Below are positions 48,094-56,661 of a stretch of 64,000 nt of DNA, one piece after another. The DNA lies in the IMG/VR virus record IMGVR_UViG_3300042924_004272, positions 126 through 64,125 of that record, one strand, 5' to 3'. How positions within the stretch are numbered: the stretch's first letter is position 1; the number at the start of each line of letters is the position of its first letter. The stretch comes from a virus. Its lineage: Duplodnaviria > Caudoviricetes. The notes below the pieces were generated by a model. It was not told the DNA's origin. It did no database searches and worked only from the letters and a program-made list of their open reading frames with translations. The position numbers and the translations under genes were made by a program.

Positions 48094-48252
48094 TTAGATC
48101 CCCCACCTAGTGGAGGGGTAACCCTTAAAACCCTTTGCAAGTTTGAGTTTGAGTTTGGATGAATCCCGGTTTTCAACAAGCCGCCAAAACTTGAAGGCAT
48201 CAATGTTTTCTCCCAGGGAGTTGATATATCCGATTAGTGGTATGTGGTTCAT
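48094..48252 (-). CDS. Small hypothetical protein (not in ORF track)
   Basis: MNHIPLIGY...; ATGA overlap with the kinase stop. Confidence 0.45.
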   Translation of the reverse strand: MNHIPLIGYINSLGENIDAFKFWRLVENRDSSKLKLKLAKGFKGYPSTRWGI

Positions 48253-48887
48253 AGTAGTTCTGCGATTTGGGTTTCTAGTTCGTAGATAGATCCGTTGTTA
48301 AGGATGCAGTTATCGAATTCAAGGATTTGACCCTCACTCTTGTGTCTTGAGAGTGGGATGGGGTCATGATCGCGGAGCACCCTAAAGACACGCCCTCCTG
48401 CCTCTTTTATTGCCTTCACCTCGTTTGGGAACCTTGCGTCATCGATGACGACGGACTTGGAAATATCGAGATGTTTTTGGACAGTGTGCATGGTGAGATC
48501 AACCCAAAAGTTATTGGATAGGAACTCCCTACCCCACTCTGTCCCTAAAGTTTGCATACAAAACCGGGGAGTCTTTCCTGCCAACTCATCACAAGCGGAT
48601 TCTTTAAGGGACCCATCGAGCATCTCATGGATTCTAGCATGCTCTATTCCCGCCTCAAACAAGAGTGCACGGAGCATTGATTTTATGCCACTGGCAAACC
48701 GGAGTTTCACAAACCCGTGGTTTCTCTCAATGATGTTCCCAACCGTTGTCTTTCCAGAACCGGCCGCGCCGATTAGACCAATGAGTTTTGGTTTGTTTAA
48801 CTGCCTCTTAAGGTCTTGAATCTCCTCCTTGAGGGTTCGGATGAGAAGCATGTTGTCGTTGTATACCGACGAAATTTCTTGAACCAT
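48249..48887 (-). CDS. Deoxynucleoside monophosphate kinase
   Basis: IGLIGAAGSGKTT, RFA..IK, TPR..MQTLGTEWGR, IDDARFPNE, H.SE. Confidence 0.9.
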   Translation of the reverse strand: MVQEISSVYNDNMLLIRTLKEEIQDLKRQLNKPKLIGLIGAAGSGKTTVGNIIERNHGFVKLRFASGIKSMLRALLFEAGIEHARIHEMLDGSLKESACDELAGKTPRFCMQTLGTEWGREFLSNNFWVDLTMHTVQKHLDISKSVVIDDARFPNEVKAIKEAGGRVFRVLRDHDPIPLSRHKSEGQILEFDNCILNNGSIYELETQIAELL

Positions 48888-48888
48888 A

Positions 48889-49065
48889 TCAATTGTCCTT
48901 CTTGCGGGTTGAAAGCATGTTTCGTCGAATGAGATCAAGACGCTGCGGATTTGCTTTCTTTCCCATCTCATCTGCCTGGGGAAGCGCATGGGATCGTGCC
49001 GCCATTGCTTTTTCCGATCCTTTGATGGGTTTGGAAACCCTCTTGTATGCATGCTTTGACTTCAT
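48889..49065 (-). CDS. Small basic protein (58 aa, not in ORF track)
   Basis: MKSKHAYKRV...; fills the gap upstream of the kinase. Confidence 0.5.
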   Translation of the reverse strand: MKSKHAYKRVSKPIKGSEKAMAARSHALPQADEMGKKANPQRLDLIRRNMLSTRKKDN

Positions 49066-49176
49066 TTTAGTTTTGGTTTGGTTCTATGGGTCTCAGGAGA
49101 TTTGATGATTTTGGCAGCAGATTGAGGAACCCCCTCCCGCTTTCGACGGGAGAGGGACTCGTTTGCTAAGGGAAAA

Positions 49177-49506
49177 CTAAACTTTCTCTTCTCCTGTTGC
49201 ATCTGCTTCCGCCTTTGCCGCGGTCGCTGCCTCCGGATTGTCACGAAGAGCAATGTGCTCATGGAGTTTGAGACTCAAGAGCAACTCATAGGTGAGTCGT
49301 TTGGTCACCTCGATGAGGCGCTGAATGACCTCCTCGTGGGTGACCTTGTCTAGGTCGATCGTGTTCTCTTCTGAGGGAGGTGGCAGATCGGTTTGTTCGG
49401 CAGCAGGGGTTGAGGAGGCATCCGATACAGGCTGTTGGGTCTGCTCGGCGGGAGAAGATTCCGGGTTTAGTGGAATCACGTTTTCGGGTTGGTTGGTGTC
49501 TGACAT
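49177..49506 (-). CDS. Hypothetical protein
   Basis: Disordered acidic N-terminus plus a helix. Confidence 0.65.
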   Translation of the reverse strand: MSDTNQPENVIPLNPESSPAEQTQQPVSDASSTPAAEQTDLPPPSEENTIDLDKVTHEEVIQRLIEVTKRLTYELLLSLKLHEHIALRDNPEAATAAKAEADATGEEKV

Positions 49507-49607
49507 AAATTAAAGTCTTCTGTTGTGGATCCAAACGATGAACACAAAGTAAGCGATACACCCAAATAACAGGGCAAAATCGATTGTGGAACTTGGACCC
49601 TCCATGA

Positions 49608-49757
49608 TTACTTGCGCTTTTTGGGTTTGGGTACGATGACTTTCTTTTGTTTCGGCATCGAAACATTGAGCATCTTTTTTGGTTTCTTTGAGGACGCATC
49701 AAGACCGACCCGGATTTCCGGGGAACCGACCTTGAGGTATGAGTTGGTTTTAGCCAT
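49608..49757 (-). CDS. Small Lys-rich protein (49 aa, not in ORF track)
   Basis: MAKTNSYLKVG...KPKKRK. Confidence 0.5.
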   Translation of the reverse strand: MAKTNSYLKVGSPEIRVGLDASSKKPKKMLNVSMPKQKKVIVPKPKKRK

Positions 49758-49764
49758 CTATGTT

Positions 49765-50265
49765 TTAGGTGTTGTGGGTTAGTGCAGAGACGGTATGTCC
49801 ATGCAAAGCTATCAAAGCAGCATCTGCTGCTGCCCTTGGAAGGGTTTTCTTATCTGTGAAAAACTCCGCCAAAGCAAGTTCATGAAGATGCTTTTTGCGT
49901 TGTGGGTAGGTGAGGACTTGCCACCGTGGAGTCATGAGCCGGTAAGGTTTCATCCAGGACTGCGGGGTAACTTGGTTCACCTCAACCCCTCGACCCTCTA
50001 GGTATCCTACGATGTACCTGTAGTTGGCAAAGAGGGTAGCAACGGAAGAACCGGACTGGTTCTTTCCAGCAAACTTTGGAACCCTCTCAATCCAGATGTC
50101 GGCAACATTTGAGTCATCGACGATCATGTTGAGGTAGGCACCAAGTTCTGCATCCTCCTGTGGCATTGGATCCACTGCCTTGAGGGTGCCATCATGATTT
50201 AGCATCACAATGGCTCCCCCCTTTCCTGGGTCAATTCCGTAAATCATGCGTGTGCTGTTTCGCAT
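49765..50265 (-). CDS. RuvC-like Holliday junction resolvase
   Basis: YGIDPGKGG, WIERV, VTPQSW, ADAALIA. Confidence 0.85.
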   Translation of the reverse strand: MRNSTRMIYGIDPGKGGAIVMLNHDGTLKAVDPMPQEDAELGAYLNMIVDDSNVADIWIERVPKFAGKNQSGSSVATLFANYRYIVGYLEGRGVEVNQVTPQSWMKPYRLMTPRWQVLTYPQRKKHLHELALAEFFTDKKTLPRAAADAALIALHGHTVSALTHNT

Positions 50266-50276
50266 ATGGAAGATAA

Positions 50277-52508
50277 TTAGCCAATCTCTTTTGGTTCGTC
50301 AACCTCTAATTCTTGCCTCACGGCAATGGACAGAGGTTTGTGGAGGTTGATCCCTTGTTCTAACTTCCGTTCACGCCTCGCCGCCCAAGTCTCAAGAGAC
50401 TCCTCATCTGACAAGGTTGGGGTTGGCCAAGACCTTGGATCTCCATTGCCATGCATCTGTGCTTGCAACTGGAGGTCAGTTTGATGTTTCCGACCGTCTG
50501 GTTTCTTGAAGAACTTCCCGTTGAATGTCTCCGGATCTACCGTCTCCGGTGCCATAACCGTTGTGGGAGTGGACCACTCTTGTTGAGCAATTCTACCGAC
50601 TTGATTGGGTAGTTGTTCTTGACCCCCATCTCTACGGGGTTGATTAGACATATTATGGTCAGACTCCATTGGGGTTGCCCAATCTTGGTTGACTTGTTCG
50701 GATAGTTTTCCAGTATTCATGGCTGCACCCCAATGCCCCTTTGGATCCATTTTAGATAGATCCCTTGTTGGGGTAATTATGTCCATGCAATTTGGGGTTG
50801 CCCAACTACTAGGAGCAGATCCGGTCGATGAGGATTCGGAAGGCTCGCTCACAAGACTGGGGGACGACTCCGTTTCCAAGCATTCGGAGTTCTGATGCAC
50901 GATCGCAATTGGATTCGTACAAAGAGGGTTGACCCATCCGATTGGAAGACCCATTAGGGCCTCGACCCACCTTGGATTTAATTTTGCCGTCGACTTGACT
51001 TGAGGAACCTTCTGACTCTCGTGGATAAACTCCCCAAGAGTCGCTAGTCCATTCTCCACCCTGTCCGCGTTGCTCGGAGCATTCGGAGTGCTCTTGTAAT
51101 CCGTTGTCCGTGGTGTTGGGAACTCCTGCACTTGTACTTGCAGCGGCATGCTGAACGACTCCGGAAGTCTCTCCATCCTCGCCTTGAAAGTCTCGATGTT
51201 CTCGTCGTTGGACGATGCCCTTGGAGTGCTCCATGTTTTGAATGCCTCCATGGTCTCCGGATCCACTTGCTCCCTGAGATTGCATGGGTTGGTTCTCCCA
51301 GGACGCATCTCCGTGATGTACCTCTTGAGTGCCTCCGGAGACCGTGGTGGCAACGTGTCCATTGTGTTGGGGGTTGCCCAAGAAGGATTGGTTCCTTTGA
51401 TCTCCTCCGCAAACACTTGATCCACCGTTAGACATTGGGTTTTTGCTTTCTCCCCCGTCACAAGACCCTTCACCACTTGACGATGAGGAATAGCTCCCCG
51501 GTCGTGAGTCCCCGGAGCAAAAGTCTGCCAATTTCTTTGGGATTGCTCCTCCGACAACCCTTGGTGGTTCCCACTGGTATTGGCGCTGTCCGGGTCGGCT
51601 TGGCCATGCATGAGTGCCATTGTACCAAGAGGTATCGTGACACGATTGTAGTTTGATCCCCCCAATGTGTTGTGCGCCTCTTGTGCTGTCATCGTCGGCC
51701 ACATCGCTTCCCCGGAACGGGACTTCTTGCCCTTCTCCCGTGTTCTCTCCCCCACGATGGCAGGATGATTGCTCAACCCCTGTTGACCATAGTTCGCTTG
51801 ATTGGAGATCTTGTCCGCTTCCGCTGTTGTCGGTGTGGGCCATGCCCCCATTCCGGTCTCCACATCCCGTAGTTGCTTTCGGTGAGCATCCCTGTCTGGC
51901 GATGCTGCGCCATTGGCGTCGGAAGTCTGCGCTGTCGGCCAAGTCGTTACGGACTCCAAGGATGAAGACACGCTTGCGCCTGTGCGGAGCGCCGCACTCT
52001 GACGCTGAGACCACTGTTGCCTCTGCGTGGTAACCCACCCTTTCCAACTCTCGGAGGACATGGAGCAGAACCGGGGTTCCCGCAGGGTCTCTCCATCCTT
52101 CTCCCGCGAGTTTGGAACTAAGGATTCCTTCCACGTTTTCAAGGAAAACAAATCCTGGGAGTCCAAGTCGGACGAGACCGTCGAGGATGTAGGGGAAGAG
52201 ATGCCTTGGGTCTTCATCGCCTGCTCGGCGGCCTGCACTTGAAAAAGGTTGACAGGGAAAGCCGCCTGAAAGGATGTCCACCTTTCCGTAAAATTCTTCC
52301 CAAGGGAGGGTTTTAAGATTCGTCCACACAGGAGCTGACTCCATGAGTCCCGCTTCCATGAGGCTAACCACGTTCGAGACGGCGAAGGACTCGATTTCCG
52401 AAACAAGGACTGTGCGCACATCTCCGATTGCTCTTTTAAGTCCGAGATCAATGCCTCCGTATCCGAAGCAGAGGGAAGCGTGTGTAAGGGTTTTGGTAGT
52501 ATCCACAT
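50277..52508 (-). CDS. C5 DNA methyltransferase beta chain (motif IX plus 11 W/F-x-T repeats), alternative frame
   Basis: 743-aa open frame; LNPRWVEALMGLPIGW; repeated WPTP/WATP/WSTP units. Confidence 0.8.
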   Translation of the reverse strand: MWILPKPLHTLPSASDTEALISDLKEQSEMCAQSLFRKSSPSPSRTWLASWKRDSWSQLLCGRILKPSLGKNFTERWTSFQAAFPVNLFQVQAAEQAMKTQGISSPTSSTVSSDLDSQDLFSLKTWKESLVPNSREKDGETLREPRFCSMSSESWKGWVTTQRQQWSQRQSAALRTGASVSSSLESVTTWPTAQTSDANGAASPDRDAHRKQLRDVETGMGAWPTPTTAEADKISNQANYGQQGLSNHPAIVGERTREKGKKSRSGEAMWPTMTAQEAHNTLGGSNYNRVTIPLGTMALMHGQADPDSANTSGNHQGLSEEQSQRNWQTFAPGTHDRGAIPHRQVVKGLVTGEKAKTQCLTVDQVFAEEIKGTNPSWATPNTMDTLPPRSPEALKRYITEMRPGRTNPCNLREQVDPETMEAFKTWSTPRASSNDENIETFKARMERLPESFSMPLQVQVQEFPTPRTTDYKSTPNAPSNADRVENGLATLGEFIHESQKVPQVKSTAKLNPRWVEALMGLPIGWVNPLCTNPIAIVHQNSECLETESSPSLVSEPSESSSTGSAPSSWATPNCMDIITPTRDLSKMDPKGHWGAAMNTGKLSEQVNQDWATPMESDHNMSNQPRRDGGQEQLPNQVGRIAQQEWSTPTTVMAPETVDPETFNGKFFKKPDGRKHQTDLQLQAQMHGNGDPRSWPTPTLSDEESLETWAARRERKLEQGINLHKPLSIAVRQELEVDEPKEIG
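50809..52506 (-). CDS. C5 DNA methyltransferase alpha chain (motifs I-VIII and X)
   Basis: LCFGYGG, GGFPCQPFS, FLENVEG, APHRRKRVF, LRMLGNGVVPQ; no motif IX in this frame. Confidence 0.9.
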   Translation of the reverse strand: MDTTKTLTHASLCFGYGGIDLGLKRAIGDVRTVLVSEIESFAVSNVVSLMEAGLMESAPVWTNLKTLPWEEFYGKVDILSGGFPCQPFSSAGRRAGDEDPRHLFPYILDGLVRLGLPGFVFLENVEGILSSKLAGEGWRDPAGTPVLLHVLRELERVGYHAEATVVSASECGAPHRRKRVFILGVRNDLADSADFRRQWRSIARQGCSPKATTGCGDRNGGMAHTDNSGSGQDLQSSELWSTGVEQSSCHRGGENTGEGQEVPFRGSDVADDDSTRGAQHIGGIKLQSCHDTSWYNGTHAWPSRPGQRQYQWEPPRVVGGAIPKKLADFCSGDSRPGSYSSSSSGEGSCDGGESKNPMSNGGSSVCGGDQRNQSFLGNPQHNGHVATTVSGGTQEVHHGDASWENQPMQSQGASGSGDHGGIQNMEHSKGIVQRREHRDFQGEDGETSGVVQHAAASTSAGVPNTTDNGLQEHSECSEQRGQGGEWTSDSWGVYPRESEGSSSQVDGKIKSKVGRGPNGSSNRMGQPSLYESNCDRASELRMLGNGVVPQSCERAFRILIDRICS

Positions 52509-52519
52509 TTTTAATAGGG

Positions 52520-52747
52520 TTAGGGGTTTTGTAGGTTTGGGTTGTCTGCGGTTGGGTCTGTTAGTCTATGAAGCTGCGAGCAGCATCCATCACATCCGTG
52601 AATGCCATCGCCATCTTTTAGGTTTGGGTCTCTAGGATCCGGGTGACCAACCCCATGAGGGCAGTTCAACTCCCAGTACCCATATATCCGTTTTGTTGCG
52701 GTCCATCCCTTGGGGATGGTTGGTGGTTTCCATTGTGTGTTTGGCAT
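52520..52747 (-). CDS. Small Cys/His-rich protein
   Basis: CPHGVGHPDP...HGCDGCC. Confidence 0.7.
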   Translation of the reverse strand: MPNTQWKPPTIPKGWTATKRIYGYWELNCPHGVGHPDPRDPNLKDGDGIHGCDGCCSQLHRLTDPTADNPNLQNP

Positions 52748-52782
52748 AAAATCGAAAACTAAAGCTAATCCCGTTTGGTTGT

Positions 52783-53133
52783 CTAGATAAAAGTTTCTTT
52801 GGGTTCTTGACTCGCTAGAAGGACTGCCTGGGCACACACCCTTGCTTCATCGCTCTCAAAGCGATAGGCAAGGCAACTTGGACAGATCGGCGCTTGCTCA
52901 CGGACGATAGAGTCACATCCCTCGCAGATCTTGAAATCATGCGGCCGTGCTGTGATGATCTTTGCGAGTTGCAACCGGGATTCCATGACATTTTTAGCCG
53001 GTGGTTCCGGAAACTTGATCTCCGTGGTGTCTTGCTCAATGAAGTCCTCCATTGAGCCCATCAATGCCTTGGCAAATGATGCGATCATTTTGTCTTTCTC
53101 TTCAGGGGATATGTCGGGAGCACCAGAGTCCAT
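52783..53133 (-). CDS. Zn-ribbon protein (start uncertain)
   Basis: KICEGCDSIV...CPSC..YRF. Confidence 0.65.
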   Translation of the reverse strand: MDSGAPDISPEEKDKMIASFAKALMGSMEDFIEQDTTEIKFPEPPAKNVMESRLQLAKIITARPHDFKICEGCDSIVREQAPICPSCLAYRFESDEARVCAQAVLLASQEPKETFI

Positions 53134-53302
53134 TTGTTCCTTTTCCATTGGGGTGACCACACTGCCAGGTGATCCGTTTATCGTCGGGTGAAAAAACAAT
53201 GGCAGCACATTGGGCAGGATTATATGCCTCTCCATTGGGGTTACGAGCAAAAACTCCATACCGGAATCTTTTGCATGCCGTCTTGGTCTTGGGTTGCCTC
53301 AT
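53102..53302 (-). CDS. Small Cys/His protein
   Basis: C...QC...G.G..GLWC..H. Confidence 0.55.
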   Translation of the reverse strand: MRQPKTKTACKRFRYGVFARNPNGEAYNPAQCAAIVFSPDDKRITWQCGHPNGKGTNGLWCSRHIP

Positions 53303-53345
53303 AAGGGGTTTGGGGATCCCCCGGAGGGGACCCCCATTGTTTCCT

Positions 53346-54188
53346 TTAGACAGAGAGGACGGCATCTTGCAGGGATCGGAATGCCTCGTAACGGTCTCCA
53401 AGACGCCCCTCCTTGGTGTCCACGGCGAGATCCCAGAGGTTCCGGTTGATGTCATTCGTCCGGTTGAAGTTCCCAAGACCCCTCATCCGACGGCGGCCAT
53501 TGATGATCCCACCGCGGATTGCGGACTCCTGCACCCTGTTGAAGACCTTCCAGAGGTCATTGCCCTTGTCCTCCTGACGACGGGTGATGTCCATCTGTTC
53601 GGCAACCTGAGCCAGTCGTTCCGGTTCGGCCCCTGGGAGACGGATTGCGGCGGCCATGTGGGAGAACTTGTAGGTGTCTTGCTCAGACAACTCGTGCTCC
53701 ATCATGCCACGGGCGGAGAGAACAACCTCCGGAAGCATCTTGCGAGTGGTGTCAGCACCCTCAAGGAGTTGGGATTGGAGTGTGTCCCTATCACCAAGGT
53801 GACGGACGGAGACCGACTGGAAGGTGCGGCCAACCATGAGTCCGTTGGAACAAATGAGACGGAAGAGTCCGGCAATGAACTTGAATGCGGCCGTGCCGTC
53901 ATTCGCATTGGACAAGGTGATGGTGGGGATGAGTCCACCGATCTCTCCCAAGTCTCGATGCATCATCACCGCTTGGTGACGAGCATATGGGGCACGGGCA
54001 ACTTGCCTAACCCGTGCGGTCTTGGCCGACATGAGTTCCCATCCATTGGACAGGAGCATATCGACGGCATTTCCGGTGGAGAACGGAACGAAACGCTCCG
54101 AGGTGGTGTCGTTGTACCGGCTCTTGGTAAAGAAGGCGGGGGACAGGGTGACGGGTGACTTGGTGTTCGTGACGATGTTGGTGTACAT
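53346..54188 (-). CDS. DUF932 (DUF945)-family protein
   Basis: NANDGTAAF...GLFRLICSNGL...DLWKVFNRVQE...N..LW. Confidence 0.85.
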   Translation of the reverse strand: MYTNIVTNTKSPVTLSPAFFTKSRYNDTTSERFVPFSTGNAVDMLLSNGWELMSAKTARVRQVARAPYARHQAVMMHRDLGEIGGLIPTITLSNANDGTAAFKFIAGLFRLICSNGLMVGRTFQSVSVRHLGDRDTLQSQLLEGADTTRKMLPEVVLSARGMMEHELSEQDTYKFSHMAAAIRLPGAEPERLAQVAEQMDITRRQEDKGNDLWKVFNRVQESAIRGGIINGRRRMRGLGNFNRTNDINRNLWDLAVDTKEGRLGDRYEAFRSLQDAVLSV

Positions 54189-54220
54189 GGCGTGTTGGTG
54201 TGTTTTGGGTTTACTGCGGA

Positions 54221-54409
54221 TTAGAATTTGATGGTTTTACCGACTGCTGGATGAGACCGGATGGCATCATCACAGATGTTCCGGAGGCGTGACTCAAGTG
54301 TGTCCAACGCTTCCGCCGAAACTTGAGTGAAGGGATGGTGTGGACGAAGCATCTTTGCCCTTTCGAGGAGGTACTTCTTGACGAGGGAACGGGTGATGAG
54401 TGAGCTCAT
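54221..54409 (-). CDS. Histone-fold-like small protein
   Basis: LITRSLVKKY...VSAEALDTLE..L..I...A...GKTIK resembles alpha1-L1-alpha2-L2 of prokaryotic histones. Confidence 0.55.
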   Translation of the reverse strand: MSSLITRSLVKKYLLERAKMLRPHHPFTQVSAEALDTLESRLRNICDDAIRSHPAVGKTIKF

Positions 54410-54411
54410 GA

Positions 54412-54588
54412 TTATGCCTCGTCCTTGAGTGCCCATACTTGGAAGTAGGAGACATCCTTGAGTGCTTCCTCAAGGAGGAAGATTGTGTTCTTGATCTCAC
54501 TGGGAGTGAGTGCTGGGTTGTGCGTCGCATATGCGAGGCTACGGACTGCCGACTGTAGTTTCTGAGAAATCTTGTCGAAGTCTCCCAT
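54412..54588 (-). CDS. Hypothetical early protein (start uncertain)
   Basis: First ORF after the 54657-54685 promoter. Confidence 0.55.
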   Translation of the reverse strand: MGDFDKISQKLQSAVRSLAYATHNPALTPSEIKNTIFLLEEALKDVSYFQVWALKDEA

Positions 54589-54656
54589 TGGTAGTGTGGT
54601 TTTGTTTGGCACGGTGTTGGTGTGTTGGTTGGTGTTGTGTCTCATCGACAAATGAG

Positions 54657-54685
54657 AAGATACCCAACCGACTTGGGTATGGCAA
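54657..54685 (-). promoter_or_regulatory. Sigma70-like early promoter with perfect palindrome ATACCCAA-N5-TTGGGTAT
   Basis: TTGCCA-17 nt-TATCTT with upstream A-tracts. Confidence 0.7.
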
Positions 54686-54744
54686 TAGGTTTTTTTAATT
54701 TTTTTTTACCTACCCCTAGAACCCCATAAACACTTGCTCTAGGA

Positions 54745-54996
54745 TCAATCCAACTTTTCCCACTTCCCCAAATCGCACTCCGCGGAACGAAAAAGTGCCT
54801 TGGCATTGAGAAAGCACCCACAGGCATTGCATCTGTTGTGGACAGCGTCATACATCTCGCATTGCCGACATGCCGCCATGCGGCCGGAAATCTCTTCCGC
54901 GGTGACGTTCGGTTGACCGGAAGCAATCGCTGCCACTTCCTTCATCACCGATTTCCCAAATCGTTTCGCTAGTTCGGTTGTGGAGTGTTTAGACAT
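54745..54996 (-). CDS. Cys-rich small protein (DUF6171-like)
   Basis: R...C..C...C..CGC...K......C..GKW. Confidence 0.75.
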   Translation of the reverse strand: MSKHSTTELAKRFGKSVMKEVAAIASGQPNVTAEEISGRMAACRQCEMYDAVHNRCNACGCFLNAKALFRSAECDLGKWEKLD

Positions 54997-55364
54997 TTTT
55001 CAACAGCGTCCGCTGCCTCCGATACCCAACGATTGTGATCTTCCCAGTCTATCCCCATGGCTTCACACACAATCTTCTCAACTTGAGTTGCGACGGCATG
55101 TTGCTTGAAATATGGAGCATCTTCAAGTTCACCAGGTTCCGATGCATCCGGGTTGCAGAGATCCCATGCTGAAACATCCATCTCATCAACCCCATCATGC
55201 CTGCACAACCATGCCTCTACAAATTCATGAAGCGCCACAAGAAAACTTCCGTTCTCGTTGTCATACGAGGTTGAGGTAATCTTGAGTTTGCCATCCTTCT
55301 CGTACCAATCGCCATGTGTGACGTAGCGATTGTCCTCCGGTTTGATGAACTCAATGGTGATCAT
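54969..55364 (-). CDS. HExxE putative metalloprotein/hydrolase
   Basis: RY.T.GDW...LHEFVE..LC...EPG...APY..QH; ATGA overlap with the ATP-grasp stop. Confidence 0.7.
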   Translation of the reverse strand: MITIEFIKPEDNRYVTHGDWYEKDGKLKITSTSYDNENGSFLVALHEFVEAWLCRHDGVDEMDVSAWDLCNPDASEPGELEDAPYFKQHAVATQVEKIVCEAMGIDWEDHNRWVSEAADAVEKCLNTPQPN

Positions 55365-56659
55365 TCGTCGGAATCGAACATATTGAGTCCGAGTTCATCA
55401 AGTTTCTCGCACTCCTCCTTGATGGAGTCGATGGCACTCATTTTTGCCTCAAGGTAGTATCCGGTGACTTGCTCCGCATTTGCGACGGCATCATCCAATG
55501 CTTCCTGCAGGGTATTTCCGAGACCAATGACAGCACCAACCTCCGGAAGTCCACAAGATTGCGGGATTGAGTAGTACGTCCCGTCGATGCAAGTGGCATT
55601 GCGGAGTTTAACCCGGTCACGGAGTTCCGGGGGGAACAAGATAGGTTGCCACCCCTTGTCTGCCCAGGAGGAGTGGAGCATGATTTCAGCCCCATACTTG
55701 GCAGTTGCCTCCGGTTCGATGACGATGCCGTTGGCACCGGCCCAGACACATTCGGCCAGATTGGAGTATTGCTCCTGGTAGAGTTCGTTGGGGGGTGAGG
55801 GGGCCCTAGCACAGAGATCGATCATATACGGATCCATGTCTTCCCCTATCCTTACCTCCGTGGACATGAACCCCCGCCAGTTATAGGCAGCGAAAACTGG
55901 TTTCATGAGGGTGTTGAACCTCGTCACAACCTCCGGTATGTCGTCGTACTTCTTGAAGATGGAGGCAAACCCCACATCCTTTATTTCGATACCGGAGATG
56001 GTGTGCTGTGGGTAGTGTGCCTGCCCTTGGTCATCCGTGATGACCCAGCAGTCGGTTCCTACCTCAACCCGGTCACGGAGTGCCTCCTCTACCGTGAACT
56101 CAATCGAATGCTTGAAGGCGCCGAGGTTGAACTCCACCTCATCGAGTTTGGGTTCCACCTCCTTGTAGTTGGCGGAATAAAAGGTCTCAAAGGTGCCACG
56201 ATACTTGTCAATTTTCACATAAACATCCTCGTTCTCTTTGAGGAATGCTCGGAGGTTTGCCATGCCCTTGATGTGGGTGTACTTGCCAACCGGAAGGTCA
56301 AGCGCCTTGAGGATTTCCTTCATGCCCTCACGCTTTAGTTCTAGGCATTCTCCGGTACGGGAGCCCCAAACCTTCTTGCCCATCTTCTCAAGCATCTCTT
56401 GCTCGTGTCCAAAGTAGATGTCTGGGAAGACAAAGAGATCCACCTCATCAAAGTGGGGGCCATAGATCGAATCCACCACCTCAATCCCCTCTAGTCCGGT
56501 TCCGATCATGCCGAGGTTCATCTTGGCAAAGGCACACTCCCAGGGGACGTAGTAGTAGACCTTCTTGTAGGTTTTCGCCAATTTGATTGCGATCTCCACA
56601 AAGAGACCGTTGTCCACTACTAGGGCAACAACATCTTTTGGATCCTTGATCTCGGCCAT
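55361..56659 (-). CDS. ATP-grasp ligase (PurD-like)
   Basis: WGS.....LEL.R..MK, VYVKI, VEE.L...E, GFMSTE...IDLCAR...P. Confidence 0.7.
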   Translation of the reverse strand: MAEIKDPKDVVALVVDNGLFVEIAIKLAKTYKKVYYYVPWECAFAKMNLGMIGTGLEGIEVVDSIYGPHFDEVDLFVFPDIYFGHEQEMLEKMGKKVWGSRTGECLELKREGMKEILKALDLPVGKYTHIKGMANLRAFLKENEDVYVKIDKYRGTFETFYSANYKEVEPKLDEVEFNLGAFKHSIEFTVEEALRDRVEVGTDCWVITDDQGQAHYPQHTISGIEIKDVGFASIFKKYDDIPEVVTRFNTLMKPVFAAYNWRGFMSTEVRIGEDMDPYMIDLCARAPSPPNELYQEQYSNLAECVWAGANGIVIEPEATAKYGAEIMLHSSWADKGWQPILFPPELRDRVKLRNATCIDGTYYSIPQSCGLPEVGAVIGLGNTLQEALDDAVANAEQVTGYYLEAKMSAIDSIKEECEKLDELGLNMFDSDE

Positions 56660-56661
56660 GA

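Noticed and set aside
48888-49052. N-terminal extension of the dNMP kinase
   Set aside because: Better explained by a separate 58-aa ORF (48889-49065) in another frame.
53169-54158. 329-aa plus-strand ORF
   Set aside because: Antisense shadow of the DUF932 gene; no motifs, and there are no other credible plus-strand genes.
55361-56659. Calling the gene purD
   Set aside because: Only a general ATP-grasp resemblance; the PurD N-terminal GxGGRE motif is absent and there is no purine pathway context.
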